DNA of 64,000 bases from the NCBI GenBank assembly GCA_964019335.1, contig OZ025678.1, positions 62,001 through 126,000 on the forward strand. The letters are read 5' to 3'. This DNA comes from Diplonema japonicum. Lineage: Eukaryota; Protista; Euglenozoa: Diplonemea. Below, piece after piece: positions 47,679 to 58,106 of this stretch; positions within the stretch are counted from its first letter, which is position 1; each line of letters opens with the position of its first letter. The translations under genes and the position numbers were made by a program. The notes beneath the pieces are model-generated. The model had not been told where the DNA came from, made no database searches, and was given only the letters and a program-made list of their open reading frames with translations.

Positions 47679-47717
47679 AGGCGATCCTGTCACAACTGCA
47701 GGTTCCCTTCAAGGACA
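46578..47717. repeat. Three copies of a ~28-nt non-coding hairpin motif (46578-46605, 47603-47629, 47680-47706)
   Basis: GGCGATCCTGTCACATACTGCAGGTTCC / GGCGTCCTGTCACATACCGCAGGACCC / GGCGATCCTGTCACAACTGCAGGTTCC, each embedded in poly(T). Confidence 0.85.
46684..47316 (+). CDS. Cold-shock-domain/RGG protein, paralog 3, one repeat
   Basis: VKTWMKTYGFAEA..GEVVYVH; RGG box; RIDSSDGQAYPKSSFKQVYGGYAEWD. Confidence 0.85.
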   Translation: MTTCTVKTWMKTYGFAEAASGEVVYVHRTNLPEGMRLKVGGKITCTMVTIDGHSGRVKCEDVKGDAVVPISEKPTKEELKAEREDWSNFKKEKIAVEGADPPKKRTKNVEKKIPKTSISRGGRGMGGGGGGFNGRGGRGVARNQGRFAGAGPLPIISARTTTELRIDSSDGQAYPKSSFKQVYGGYAEWDRALPLGRGRGLATRGGRGRY

Positions 47718-47833
47718 TCTTTTTTTTTTCTCCACCCTCTACCAAGTAATAAAAATAAGATGAACGGGGAATAAAAAAAAAGGGAGGCATGGGCGTGCTA
47801 CACTTTTCCCTTTCCAGCTTTTCTCAAATTAAG

Positions 47834-47864
<31 letters not shown>

Positions 47865-48021
47865 CAAAAGAGAAAAAAAAAACCCCCCTGCTCCTTTCCC
47901 CCTCCTTTTTTTTATTTACGGAATGGCAGTCCCGAGAAACGTTTTAAAAAAAAACGAGGGAAATACTAAAAAAAAAAAAAAATTAAGGGGAGGAGAAAAA
48001 AAAAAAAGAGAAAAAGAAAAA

Positions 48022-48900
48022 ATGGGTTGTAGTGAAAGCAAACCGCCGCCTAGGAACGAAAGGGCGCGCAGGCCTAGCAAGCAGCTGATCGACAAGAAAA
48101 AACGGGAACAAAATCCGCCAGCGATTATAAAGGAGAAAAAGTGCACGGAAAGAAAAACGAGCGGGAAGCTCCTAACGAGGGACGAGAAGGCCGAACCGCA
48201 CTACATGCTGGACGACATGATGCGGAGCGGGGACCACCTCACCCAAAGCAAACAAAGGCAAGGCCATGCCGGCGCGCTCATGCTTGCAAAGGCAGTCCAT
48301 ACCTATAACGTACTCTTCTACGGCCTTTCCGAAAGTGGTAAAACCCACCTCCTGTACACTTTGATCAATGGATCCGCAGCGGAGCCGGTGGAAACAGACA
48401 CCCCGCGAGATGAAATTCTATACATAACCAAAGGCAAGGGACAAAACATGCGCGCAAACTTCAGCGTAACAGATGTCGGCGGTGCCGCTTCCCTTATCGA
48501 CCGTGTTGCCGGCGTTTTGAAAAAAAAGAATATCCAAGGGGTCGTATATGTAGTTGACCTGGCTAGCGGTGCCGACCGCATTGCAGAGTCAAGGGAGCGT
48601 TTAAATACGTTGCTTTCAAATTCAGAGCTCGATGGAAAGCCGGTGTTGATTATTGGTAGTAAAACTGATTTACCGAACGCTATTTCTTTGAAGGAACTTG
48701 AGGAAGTGTTTGAGTTCCCCGTTCTTGAGCAGAACAGGGCTGTGACAGCCACCACCTCTAACATCCAGACAGATGAAGGGCTCTGCTCTGCCGCGGAAGG
48801 GCTCACCACCCTCGCTGTGCAGATTTCTTCCATTCCCGAGATTTGCCCGACGCTTTCGTCGCCAAGAAAGCGATCCTTCAGAACCGCGAGGATGGGGTGA
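48022..48900 (+). CDS. Divergent Arf-like GTPase with MGC N-terminus
   Basis: G1 GLSESGKT, G3 DVGGA, GVVYVVD, KPVLIIGSKTDLPNA. Confidence 0.82.
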   Translation: MGCSESKPPPRNERARRPSKQLIDKKKREQNPPAIIKEKKCTERKTSGKLLTRDEKAEPHYMLDDMMRSGDHLTQSKQRQGHAGALMLAKAVHTYNVLFYGLSESGKTHLLYTLINGSAAEPVETDTPRDEILYITKGKGQNMRANFSVTDVGGAASLIDRVAGVLKKKNIQGVVYVVDLASGADRIAESRERLNTLLSNSELDGKPVLIIGSKTDLPNAISLKELEEVFEFPVLEQNRAVTATTSNIQTDEGLCSAAEGLTTLAVQISSIPEICPTLSSPRKRSFRTARMG

Positions 48901-49787
48901 GGGTGAGGGTGAGGGGTTTTATTCTATACCATTACCGCTGTCATGTGGTTGCACAATCAAAGCTTCTTTTTTTTTTGGGGGGGGGGCACACAGTTCGGTA
49001 TACTTGAGACAAGTTTATGAGAGGTGTGTGTGGCCATTGAACCCTGACATGAGATTTTTTTAATGTCGGTAACCAGGCACGGCGATTTGGTTTACGGCGC
49101 GGTTTGTTTAAAAATTTAAAAAAAAAAAAAAAAAAAAAATCTAAGATGCATTTTTAGCAAACGTTTGTCATTCTTCTTCTTTGTTTTTTTTTTCTTTCCA
49201 GGTTGAGCGCAAAAAAGAAAAAAAAAAAAGAAAAAAAAAAAACGCACACTTTCAAAGAATAGTTCTTTCTTTTTTTTTTCTCGGGAGGGTTCTCCCAGCG
49301 GAGGGGACTTTTTAAACGAAAAGAAAAAAAAATGTTGGGATAAAAATGGTCCCTATCCCTATCCCCCCCCCCCCTCCATTTTCCAAAATCAAAGGTGGGT
49401 CATAGTTTTAGCTCCAAGCAACAAGCAAGCAAGAGAAGAGGTCAAAAAAAGGGGGGGATAGCTACAAAAGGTGCTGCCGGCGCCCACTGAAATGGCATGA
49501 ACAAGAGAGGGAAAGTACGTAATTTAAATTAGCAGTCAGATTAGAGGCCCGCAGTGGAAAATTCTCCAATTTTATTTTCCCTTGCAGCTACCCCCCCCCC
49601 CCCCCCCCCTTTACAGACGTAGTTTTCCTTCTTATTTCTTTATTTATTTTTCCGGCTTTCTTTTTTTTTTCTCTTCCCTCTTCTCTTCCCCAGCCCCGCG
49701 ATTCTTTCTTATTCACCATTTGGTCAGTTTATGTTCAATTTTCTTTGGCAACATTTGGCAGCATGGTGTACTTTTGCCTGCTGTATT

Positions 49788-49826
<39 letters not shown>

Positions 49827-50427
49827 CTTTGGAGGGAGGATGCAAGGAAAAAAAAAAATTGATAGGAGAAAAAAAAATGAACAATGAGGAATTGTCTCTC
49901 TCTTTTTTTTTTTTTTTTTTTTTCCTTATTTATTAAGGATACCAATAGTGTGCCACTTTACAAGTTTTTTTATTTGTTCCTGATTCAAGGCCATTGTTCT
50001 TTGTTCTTTAAATCTTCGTGTAAGCAACTTCCTTATACCCACAACGCTCAAGCCGAGGAATTTTGCATGTCAGTTTTTCTTCTTTTTTTTTCTTTTCCTT
50101 TTAATTTTACCGGATTTGTACTTATTATGGAACAGAAATAGTTCCAAACCAAAAGAAAAAAAAAGGAAAAAAAAAAATCAAAGAGAGAAAAAAAAAAGTC
50201 CATTTCAAACATTTTTCGTGTTTGCAAATATTTTTCGTTCCATATCGAGTTCAAGAGCGGTAACCATCTTCTATTTTAAATAATCTTTTTTCTCAAAAAA
50301 AAGGGGGGGGGACATTATTTCCTGAGCCTTGTCACCCCCACTCCTCGGCTCGGAGTGTGTCGTTCCCTGAATTTTTCTTTTTTTTTCTCCCCAATCTATT
50401 TTTTTCCTTACTTTTTATACCCGATAC

Positions 50428-50495
50428 GGCTGACCATACTCACCTACCCCCGACTTAAGAGTGCTCCTGTGGGTAACTCTCAGGTCAAAACACTC
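50428..50495 (+). ncRNA. Candidate single-hairpin H/ACA-type guide RNA
   Basis: TGACC/GGTCA lower stem, internal loop, TACCC/GGGTA upper stem, ACA 14 nt after the upper stem; structure only. Confidence 0.25.
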
Positions 50496-51045
50496 CTTTT
50501 TTTACCCCTTCTTTTCTTTTCAATCTCTCCTCAGCTATGCAGCGCTTTACAAAACACCCCCCCCCCCCCCCCCCCAACAGCCACCGGCACCGCTTCCGGG
50601 GAAGGTGAGGAGAAAAGATTTTTTATTTTTATTTTTACCCCATGCTTTTTTTCCTCCCCCCTTTTTTTTATTATTCTCTTGTCATCCACCTGGGTTATTT
50701 CTTTTTTTTAAAAAAAAAAAAGGTCAAAAGCATTTGTGATTTTTAGGAGACTCACTCTTGAATGTGTCACTGAAGAACAGTATAGAAAGAAAGAAAGAAA
50801 AAAAAAAGTGGCGGGGGGGAAAAAAAACGGTATTTTCTTTAAAGCTCAGGAGGGGGGAGGGGTGGGGGGTATTGTCCATATACCATTTCCCCCCTCTTTA
50901 TCCCCCCACTCCTTTCCCTTCCCCCCTTTTTTTTTTGAAAGTTTTCCGTTTTTTTCTTCTTTTTTTTTTTCCTCACGAACTATTGAGTATTTCAATTTTT
51001 CTTTCACCCCAAAAGTTTACACACACAAAAAAAAAAAAAAAAAAA

Positions 51046-51834
51046 ATGCTGTGCACTGCCCATCACGATGCAGCAACTGTGTACCATGGTCTCGAGTTGC
51101 TTCAGAACATAAAGCTAGACGGTTGTTTTGTTCCTTGGGAACCGCTGGATGGTTTAAACCTTCAGCTACGCTATGTAAACATTGCGCAAGAAGAGCAAAA
51201 AGAGGAAATTGAAGATGACGAAGAGGCCGAGATGCGCTCAATTACAAGAACCATCGAAAGCGCGGAGAGGACAAGAATTATGACGACAGCACACAGCGAC
51301 ATGGAAGCCATAGAAAGAGAGTGGCTGGGAGTTTTATTTGAAGTGGAGATTAAAAGAATCTGGTTTGCGGAGCTCGAAGAGAGCGAAGAAACGAACAGGA
51401 AACCGATCAACGTGTATAGGGAAGATGTCTATTCATGGCTTGCCTCTCGAAAGCAATTTTTGCTGAATATTTCCGCGTTGCAGGAGGAAGAGTATCTGGA
51501 AAGAATCAGGGCTGTCCGGGGCTCGCTCAAAACAAACCTCGCTTTGAAAATCTCTTTCGACAGTGTGTTCACCTCGCTTCCACCTACCTCTCATTCTCGG
51601 TCTGTGGAACTGAGAGCCAGTATTTTGAACTCCTTGCAAGCCCCTGCACCACCGGAGGAAAAAAAAATCAGCCCCGTCCCCGCCCCGCGGTCGTTCCACG
51701 TAAAACACAACAATAACAACAATCTGCTAGAAATAGAGGAACCCACATCGCGAAACCTCATCAAAAAAGACGAAAGAGCGGGAAGACGAAACATCCTCCA
51801 AGAAAAGATTAGTTGGGAAGAACGATTTTATTGA
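51046..51834 (+). CDS. Hypothetical Glu-rich helical protein
   Basis: ATG after A-run; repeated EExxR pattern. Confidence 0.6.
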   Translation: MLCTAHHDAATVYHGLELLQNIKLDGCFVPWEPLDGLNLQLRYVNIAQEEQKEEIEDDEEAEMRSITRTIESAERTRIMTTAHSDMEAIEREWLGVLFEVEIKRIWFAELEESEETNRKPINVYREDVYSWLASRKQFLLNISALQEEEYLERIRAVRGSLKTNLALKISFDSVFTSLPPTSHSRSVELRASILNSLQAPAPPEEKKISPVPAPRSFHVKHNNNNNLLEIEEPTSRNLIKKDERAGRRNILQEKISWEERFY

Positions 51835-51930
51835 AAAAAAAAAAAAAGGGAATGGCGGAAGGAAAAAAAAAAAAGATTTATTATAGAGGGGGGAAAATTT
51901 TATTTAAAAAAAAAATAAAAAAATATTTAC

Positions 51931-52809
51931 ATGGAGTGTCATTGGAACTGCTCAGCGTGCACTTTTCAGAACCTCCCGGAGAAATTGGTGTGTGATATGT
52001 GTAGAACAGAGAGGGGTTGGAAAGAACCCGAACGCCCTGTTGAAGGTGAGAAAATATTTGAAAACGAGAAAACCTGGAGTGTGGAGAAGCACCCCTACGC
52101 CATCCGAGAGGTGAAGATTATTGACCAGTACGAAAACGATGTTTTGAAGGGGTTTGTCAAGAAACATGTTACGTGTTCAGCAATTTGCGGATATTGCTGT
52201 ACGGGGGTTGCGAGCTTCATAGCAGCCTACAATGGCAGCCCAGAGACGTTGGTGGAAAAGGCTTTATTATCGGGTGAAGAAGGGCTGTGTAAGCACATTG
52301 AGGGATCAATGATGTTTATTCAAACCGATAGGCAACGTTACATCGATCGAAACCGTGATGCGTTTTCTAGCCCGAAGGAAATTGAGGAGTATCTTAAAGC
52401 GTGGGTTGCGAACTATGAGATCTCAAGGTTTGTGGAAAAATGTGTCGAGAAAAGCTCGAGAATCGTGTTTCTGAGGACAAACCAAAATCACGAACTGGAG
52501 GAGGCAACGCACGAGGAAAAAGAGTTGATCGTCGCTGAAGAGAGTCCTTTTGGTGCGCAGCCTTTCATGTTAGAGTTCTTCTCCCCAAGGTCGTTGGTGA
52601 CCTGTTCCCGCGAGGTGTTTCGCAAGGAGTGCCGCCGCCGTGGCCATCCCCCCACCGATATCATATGGATCCTCGATCTCAAAGGTCATTACAACACAGC
52701 TATCTCTTATGAGACTAATGTTATTATCCTCGACACTTACGCTGCCAACCACTGCGGCAACCCTGCTGCCAAGACCTGCTTTGATCTTGTGTTTGGGGAC
52801 AGCGAGTGA
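51931..52809 (+). CDS. RanBP2/NZF zinc-finger protein with putative cysteine-peptidase-like domain
   Basis: WNCSACTFQN...CDMC; AICGY and GHY...ILDT motifs. Confidence 0.7.
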   Translation: MECHWNCSACTFQNLPEKLVCDMCRTERGWKEPERPVEGEKIFENEKTWSVEKHPYAIREVKIIDQYENDVLKGFVKKHVTCSAICGYCCTGVASFIAAYNGSPETLVEKALLSGEEGLCKHIEGSMMFIQTDRQRYIDRNRDAFSSPKEIEEYLKAWVANYEISRFVEKCVEKSSRIVFLRTNQNHELEEATHEEKELIVAEESPFGAQPFMLEFFSPRSLVTCSREVFRKECRRRGHPPTDIIWILDLKGHYNTAISYETNVIILDTYAANHCGNPAAKTCFDLVFGDSE

Positions 52810-52926
52810 ATTCTCTAACCCTCAATTTTTCTTTCTTTTTTTTTTTTTTTTCCCCCAAAATTCCGAGGGGTGGGGAAAAAAAAAAAAAAAAAAGTTACAC
52901 GAAAAAAAAAAAGAGGAAAAAAAAAA

Positions 52927-53745
52927 ATGGTAAACCCACAGCTCATTAAAGAAGCGTTTAGCTTTCTGAGGTTCGCCGTGTTCGGCGCTGTGGCGGTTCA
53001 AATCTTGGAATTAGTGTGGGAGGTACCGGAAGATTGGGACCCGCATTTCACGTTCGCCGTTTCCAGCATCGTGGTGTACAACGTGGTGTGGGTGACAGCG
53101 GTAACAACACTCCAGGTTCTGGAATGCGGCGGGGAGTTCCCGAGGAAACCGACCCAGGTCCCAACCGAGGAGCTGACAAGGGGCTCGTTCAAAGCCTGTC
53201 TGATCGGGCATTTCAGCACAACACCCCTGCTTCTACTCTTCGTGATCCCTAGCATCGTCGATGGCGGTCTGGGCAGCATTTTCCCATCAAACACAACCCT
53301 CGAATTTCCAAACTTCTTAACCGCTTTCACGCAGCTGTTTACATGCCATTTCAGTACAGAACTGTCCTTTTATGCAGCGCACACTTTTCTACACACGCAA
53401 TCGATGTACGCAAGGTATCACAAGAGACATCACGAGTACACCGGGACCGTGGTGCTGGGTGCGGAGCATAGTTCCTTTTTGGAAACGGTTGCCAACTCAT
53501 TGTGTACCTTTGCTGGTCCGGTTATACTTGGGGAGGTGCATCTTGCTTGTTGGCTTGTCTTCTTCACCGCTGATATGTGGGGAGTTTACGAACGGCACAG
53601 TGGGCGGGACCTCTCAAACACCTTCCTCTCAAAACTCGGTTTTTTCTATCCTGAGAACGCTCTTCACCATGACAGGCACCACACAATCAACACCGGTAAC
53701 TACGGGCACCAGTTTTTCGACATCTTGTTTGGCACTTTGATTTGA
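52927..53745 (+). CDS. Sterol desaturase / C4-methyl oxidase (fatty acid hydroxylase superfamily)
   Basis: His boxes FYAAHTFLH, YHKRHHEY, HSG, HHDRHH, GNYG. Confidence 0.9.
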   Translation: MVNPQLIKEAFSFLRFAVFGAVAVQILELVWEVPEDWDPHFTFAVSSIVVYNVVWVTAVTTLQVLECGGEFPRKPTQVPTEELTRGSFKACLIGHFSTTPLLLLFVIPSIVDGGLGSIFPSNTTLEFPNFLTAFTQLFTCHFSTELSFYAAHTFLHTQSMYARYHKRHHEYTGTVVLGAEHSSFLETVANSLCTFAGPVILGEVHLACWLVFFTADMWGVYERHSGRDLSNTFLSKLGFFYPENALHHDRHHTINTGNYGHQFFDILFGTLI

Positions 53746-54118
53746 GAGGGGAAAAAAAGGAGGGGGGGGGGTGTTCGTTTGGACCACTATTTATTGAAAA
53801 TAGGATGATCTTAGTCCTCTCGATCCCTTGCTCCCATCGCTTCTCCCTCCCCCCCTTTTTTTTCTTTTGGAATCCTTTTTCTTTTTTTTTGCCAGGAAAA
53901 AAAAGCAACCTATTCTAGACATTTCCTCCCCTCGGAAGAAAAAAAAAAAGACTCGTTTTTTTTCTTCTTTTTTTTGTGTGTGATTTTTTTTTCCCCTCCT
54001 CCAAATCGAACGGGAGGGGAAGAGAGAAAAAAAAATACGGCTCTATTACTTAAAATGTTTTTTTTTTCCTCGCGCAAAAAAAAAAGGTGAGAACAAAAAA
54101 AAAAAAAAAAAAAAAACC

Positions 54119-55279
54119 ATGAACGCAAAAATAAGCCTTGGAATTTTGCTGTTGGTGGTGGGAGCCGTCCTCAAGGACGCGTTGTGGAAGAAGGACGAAC
54201 GGGGCCCACCAGTCAAAAGCAGCAGCAGCAACAACAACAACAACAACAACATAGAGGATGTTGTTCAAAAACAAACCTACACATCGCAAAGCCGGTGCAC
54301 GTGGGTCTTTGCAGATTACAAGAGCAGCCCGTGGGAGGCAATGTGGAGAGAAAACATCGAACAATGGCAAGGCAACGACGGCCCGTACAACGACACCGAC
54401 TGGTGGAAGGCACCCGGCGCGGGGTGCGAGCAAATGCTGAAAGACAAGGAAAAAGTGGACAAATTCGAGGCGGAAAGGGTAAAAAACCTACAGGATCCAA
54501 ACTCCCCTTTTACACCGGACCTGTTCTCCACCTTTACCTATAAAAACTCGTGTAAGGAAACAGATGTTAAAACTGTTGCAATTGAACCCTTGGTCAGCTT
54601 TCTACGTCACCCACGTGCAGTTTGCTTCGACAACCTGAACAGCCCGTACAAGAGAATGAAACTTTGTCGGCGAAAAAAAAGCAACTGCCTCCTGCTCTCC
54701 AAAGATTATCTGGTGTTCCCCAGAGGGCAAGAAATGAAAACAGGGAAATCTATTTTTTTCGACATCGGTGCCTCCTTCTACGACACCGGCTTCGGCGGGG
54801 CAAGTCAAAAATGGTTTGTAGAACACTTCGCATTCCTCGGATGGAAGTTCGACCGCATCTTAGCTTGGGAGGCCATCGTGAATAAAGAACCGTCTTCCTA
54901 TTGGAACAGAGTGCCCAAAGAGGTGAAACCTATTATAACCTACTATAACATCCCCGTGCAGGCAGATCCAAAGTCACCTGACAACCCATGGTACTATGTC
55001 AAGCAGCTCTGCACGCCCGCTGACTACTGCATGGTAAAGCTTGACATCGACACACCTCTGGTAGAGGAGGCGCTGATCAAGCAGCTTTTGGAAGACACCT
55101 CTTTGCACCCTTTGCTCGACGATCTCGTGTGGGAACACCATGTGAGAAGAAATCCCCTCACGACCCCTGGTGGCTGGGACCTTGAGAACGCACAGGCCAC
55201 AACCTCCACCACTGCATCAAGTTACGGGATCTTTTACAAACTCCGGACGTTGGGCATCCGAGCACACTCCTGGGTTTAA
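54119..55279 (+). CDS. Signal-anchored FkbM-like SAM methyltransferase-domain protein
   Basis: N-terminal hydrophobic anchor; FFDIGAS, ILAWEA, VKLDIDTP. Confidence 0.65.
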   Translation: MNAKISLGILLLVVGAVLKDALWKKDERGPPVKSSSSNNNNNNNIEDVVQKQTYTSQSRCTWVFADYKSSPWEAMWRENIEQWQGNDGPYNDTDWWKAPGAGCEQMLKDKEKVDKFEAERVKNLQDPNSPFTPDLFSTFTYKNSCKETDVKTVAIEPLVSFLRHPRAVCFDNLNSPYKRMKLCRRKKSNCLLLSKDYLVFPRGQEMKTGKSIFFDIGASFYDTGFGGASQKWFVEHFAFLGWKFDRILAWEAIVNKEPSSYWNRVPKEVKPIITYYNIPVQADPKSPDNPWYYVKQLCTPADYCMVKLDIDTPLVEEALIKQLLEDTSLHPLLDDLVWEHHVRRNPLTTPGGWDLENAQATTSTTASSYGIFYKLRTLGIRAHSWV

Positions 55280-55295
55280 AATAAAAATGCGGGTC

Positions 55296-55331
<36 letters not shown>

Positions 55332-55467
55332 CCCTCACCCTCCTTAAGTATTTTTTCCCTGTAATTTATACGTAAAAATTGAGGGGGTTGGAAAAAAAAA
55401 AAAAGAGAAGAAAAAAAAAACGTTGAAAAAAGAAAAGAAAAAATAAAGAAGGGGGAAAAAAAAAAGA

Positions 55468-56214
55468 ATGGAGAAGGGAGCGTCGTGTCTTGACCGATAC
55501 AAGCTGCGCATCAACCAGCTTCGGGAACATTGCAAAGTAGAAGACGAGACTGACGAGGAGCTGCACCTCAGCGTCCAGCTGATCCTTTTGAGAGAATGGA
55601 GGCGGGGGGAGAGAGAGAACGGGACGGCCACGGCAACTCCTTTACCAACAGCAGCGGGAACGCCTCTCAAGAGGAACAACACACCACCTCAAGAAGAAAT
55701 AACTAGTGAAGCCACAAACCACCTTCAAACAAATCATGATAAAGTACGGAAATTGAGTTTTAAAGCACTGGGGCTGTCCACTGCCAGGACACTGCGGTGT
55801 GGATCACGAAAAATAACAAACCAAGAGGACATGACCGAAGCAACGGATTACGTGTTAAAAAGGCAGATCAGAGGGAAATGGTTCGACAGGGTAACGCCCG
55901 AGAAGGACGTAGCTGGCCGTGACATGCCATGGATCCACCCCCACAACACCCCTGTGCTGTCTGCTGCGTACACCATTATCAGAAACACGTTCGCCACGCA
56001 CACCGCAAGGAACACACGGGCTCGTCTACGAGACAGGGAGACAGCAATCGCTACCCACCAAGCACGTGCTGAGGCCGCGCTTATCATCCAGTCTCTATAT
56101 AGAATCTTCAAGGCGAAGAAGACGGTGCAAACCCTTCGAAATGAGACGTTCACTGCGTTCGATTTAGAAATGCAAGAGCTCAACGATGTGGCCGGACTGT
56201 CGGACGATGACTGA
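55468..56214 (+). CDS. IQ-motif protein
   Basis: AALIIQSLYRIFKAKK. Confidence 0.7.
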   Translation: MEKGASCLDRYKLRINQLREHCKVEDETDEELHLSVQLILLREWRRGERENGTATATPLPTAAGTPLKRNNTPPQEEITSEATNHLQTNHDKVRKLSFKALGLSTARTLRCGSRKITNQEDMTEATDYVLKRQIRGKWFDRVTPEKDVAGRDMPWIHPHNTPVLSAAYTIIRNTFATHTARNTRARLRDRETAIATHQARAEAALIIQSLYRIFKAKKTVQTLRNETFTAFDLEMQELNDVAGLSDDD

Positions 56215-56352
56215 ATCAAGAGAGGGGGGGGAAAAAATCTCTTTCCAGGATTTCCCCTCCCCCCCCCCCCCCCCCCTCTTTCATTTTTCCCCCCCCTCTC
56301 TTTTCTTTTACAACTTCAATTTCAAAAAAGAGCGAAGAAGGGGGGGAAAAAA

Positions 56353-57855
56353 ATGGAAGCTATAGAAGTGGACGTGTCGCTCTTCCCCAAAGAAGCAAAC
56401 AACGGGAAGGTGAACTTCTACGCGGTCCATGTTGTGAACAAAATATCGTCAAAAGGGAAGCCGCAAAAAAGGGTGTTGCTTCTGTCTTCCGTGCTGTTGA
56501 TGCAGCTGGGCGGCAAGGACTTCAGATCCGTAAAAAGAGTCGTCAGCGTGGATGAGATCGTCACGATCTCAAGAGACGAACGGCAGAAACTGTGGAGGCT
56601 GGAAGTCGTTGGCGACAGGGACTGGTTGGTAGAAGAGCTCCAAGACACACGAAATAACCCATCAACAATGGAAGAATTCCTGAATAAGTTAAAGGCTGTG
56701 AGAAAGGTAAGAACCGACGACCCACTTGACGAAAAAACAGCCCTCCTGAACTACGAAAAATGCAGTTTGAAACGAACGAAAAACACCGCCACCGTCGTAT
56801 CTAAAATGGAACGGTACGAAAAAACAAAGGGCCTCCCGAAAGCACGTTTAGAAAGCAAGAAACAAGAAGCCCAACAACTAACCATGGCGCAACCGTACAC
56901 AATCTCGCTGTCCAATCCCGACGAATCTTGGGGGCTTAAAATACATAAAACCTCTTCAGGCCATGCTAAAATTACAGAATGCTCCGGTGCAGCCGCACAC
57001 CACAACCTCCCAACTGGAATTATCTATAAAATCGACAACATCGACACCTCTTACGAAGAGGTCCTGAAAACCCTTAAAGAAACGAAGGAATCCACCACAC
57101 CGCTCAAACAACTCACAGTTTCAATCTTCGCAGAACAAAGTGCACTTAACGAGCTGAAACTGCAACAGGGCATCCGCGAATCTACCGAAAGAATTCAAAA
57201 ACAAGCTCAAGAAATCGATGAACTCCGCATGCTCCTCAAAGAAGCGGACGATGCCATCACATCAGCAAAGGTCGAAGAAAATTCATCCACCCAAACATCG
57301 ATAACGTCAGGTGAAGAAATATTGCTGCAAGACGCACTACACCTGATAGAAGACTCGGAAGAGGATGACGAAAGAGAAATGTCCGTGAATCATGTCGTTG
57401 CTCCGCCAGCTCCTGTTGTCCAGATGATGCCTCAGAGTGTCGCAGAAAAGCTTATGTATGCAATGCATTCGCCCAAAAGTGTTCGCGAGGCTGGGGGCGT
57501 CCACGCCGCATTAGAACGAGTCAGGACGAACCCGATGGACCCCGAAACTTTTAAGCTCCTACAGCTTGAGCGCCAGCTCTCAAAAGAGAAAAAATCTAAT
57601 CAAAAGCTTGTTGCTGAGAATGATGTTCTTCGGGCGGCGGTGCCCGCCGATGTCGATCCTCGTGCTTCAACAATCGGGAAAAAGGACTTTTCGTCAACCT
57701 TGCGCTCGTGGTACTCTGGTACCCTTGGTGTTCCTGTCCCTTTGGGCTCTACCACAAGGATGTTAAATAGTACTTATCCAGCCCCGTTGAAACCCACGCA
57801 GAAAAAGAGGCTGAATACCGGGTTGGGGACCGATACCGTCCGTTTGGTAGTGTAA
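56353..57855 (+). CDS. PH-like + PDZ-like + coiled-coil protein
   Basis: VNKISSKGKPQKRVLLLS (PH-like); ESWGLKI...IIYKIDN (PDZ-like); coiled coils. Confidence 0.65.
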   Translation: MEAIEVDVSLFPKEANNGKVNFYAVHVVNKISSKGKPQKRVLLLSSVLLMQLGGKDFRSVKRVVSVDEIVTISRDERQKLWRLEVVGDRDWLVEELQDTRNNPSTMEEFLNKLKAVRKVRTDDPLDEKTALLNYEKCSLKRTKNTATVVSKMERYEKTKGLPKARLESKKQEAQQLTMAQPYTISLSNPDESWGLKIHKTSSGHAKITECSGAAAHHNLPTGIIYKIDNIDTSYEEVLKTLKETKESTTPLKQLTVSIFAEQSALNELKLQQGIRESTERIQKQAQEIDELRMLLKEADDAITSAKVEENSSTQTSITSGEEILLQDALHLIEDSEEDDEREMSVNHVVAPPAPVVQMMPQSVAEKLMYAMHSPKSVREAGGVHAALERVRTNPMDPETFKLLQLERQLSKEKKSNQKLVAENDVLRAAVPADVDPRASTIGKKDFSSTLRSWYSGTLGVPVPLGSTTRMLNSTYPAPLKPTQKKRLNTGLGTDTVRLVV

Positions 57856-58065
57856 AGAAAAAAAAGGGGGAAGAAAAAATAGTTTAGTGGGGGGGGGGGG
57901 GAAAGAAAGAAAATGAAAAGAAGTAACCACATTTTATTTTGTGGTTTTCCTCTCACCGTTGCTTTGGAAAATGAGAATAAAAAAAAAAAAAAAATGGGAG
58001 GGGAAAAAATCGCTCTCCCATCACCCCCGGTCCTAACCGTAAAAATAATTTTTAAAATCAGTTCT

Positions 58066-58106
<41 letters not shown>

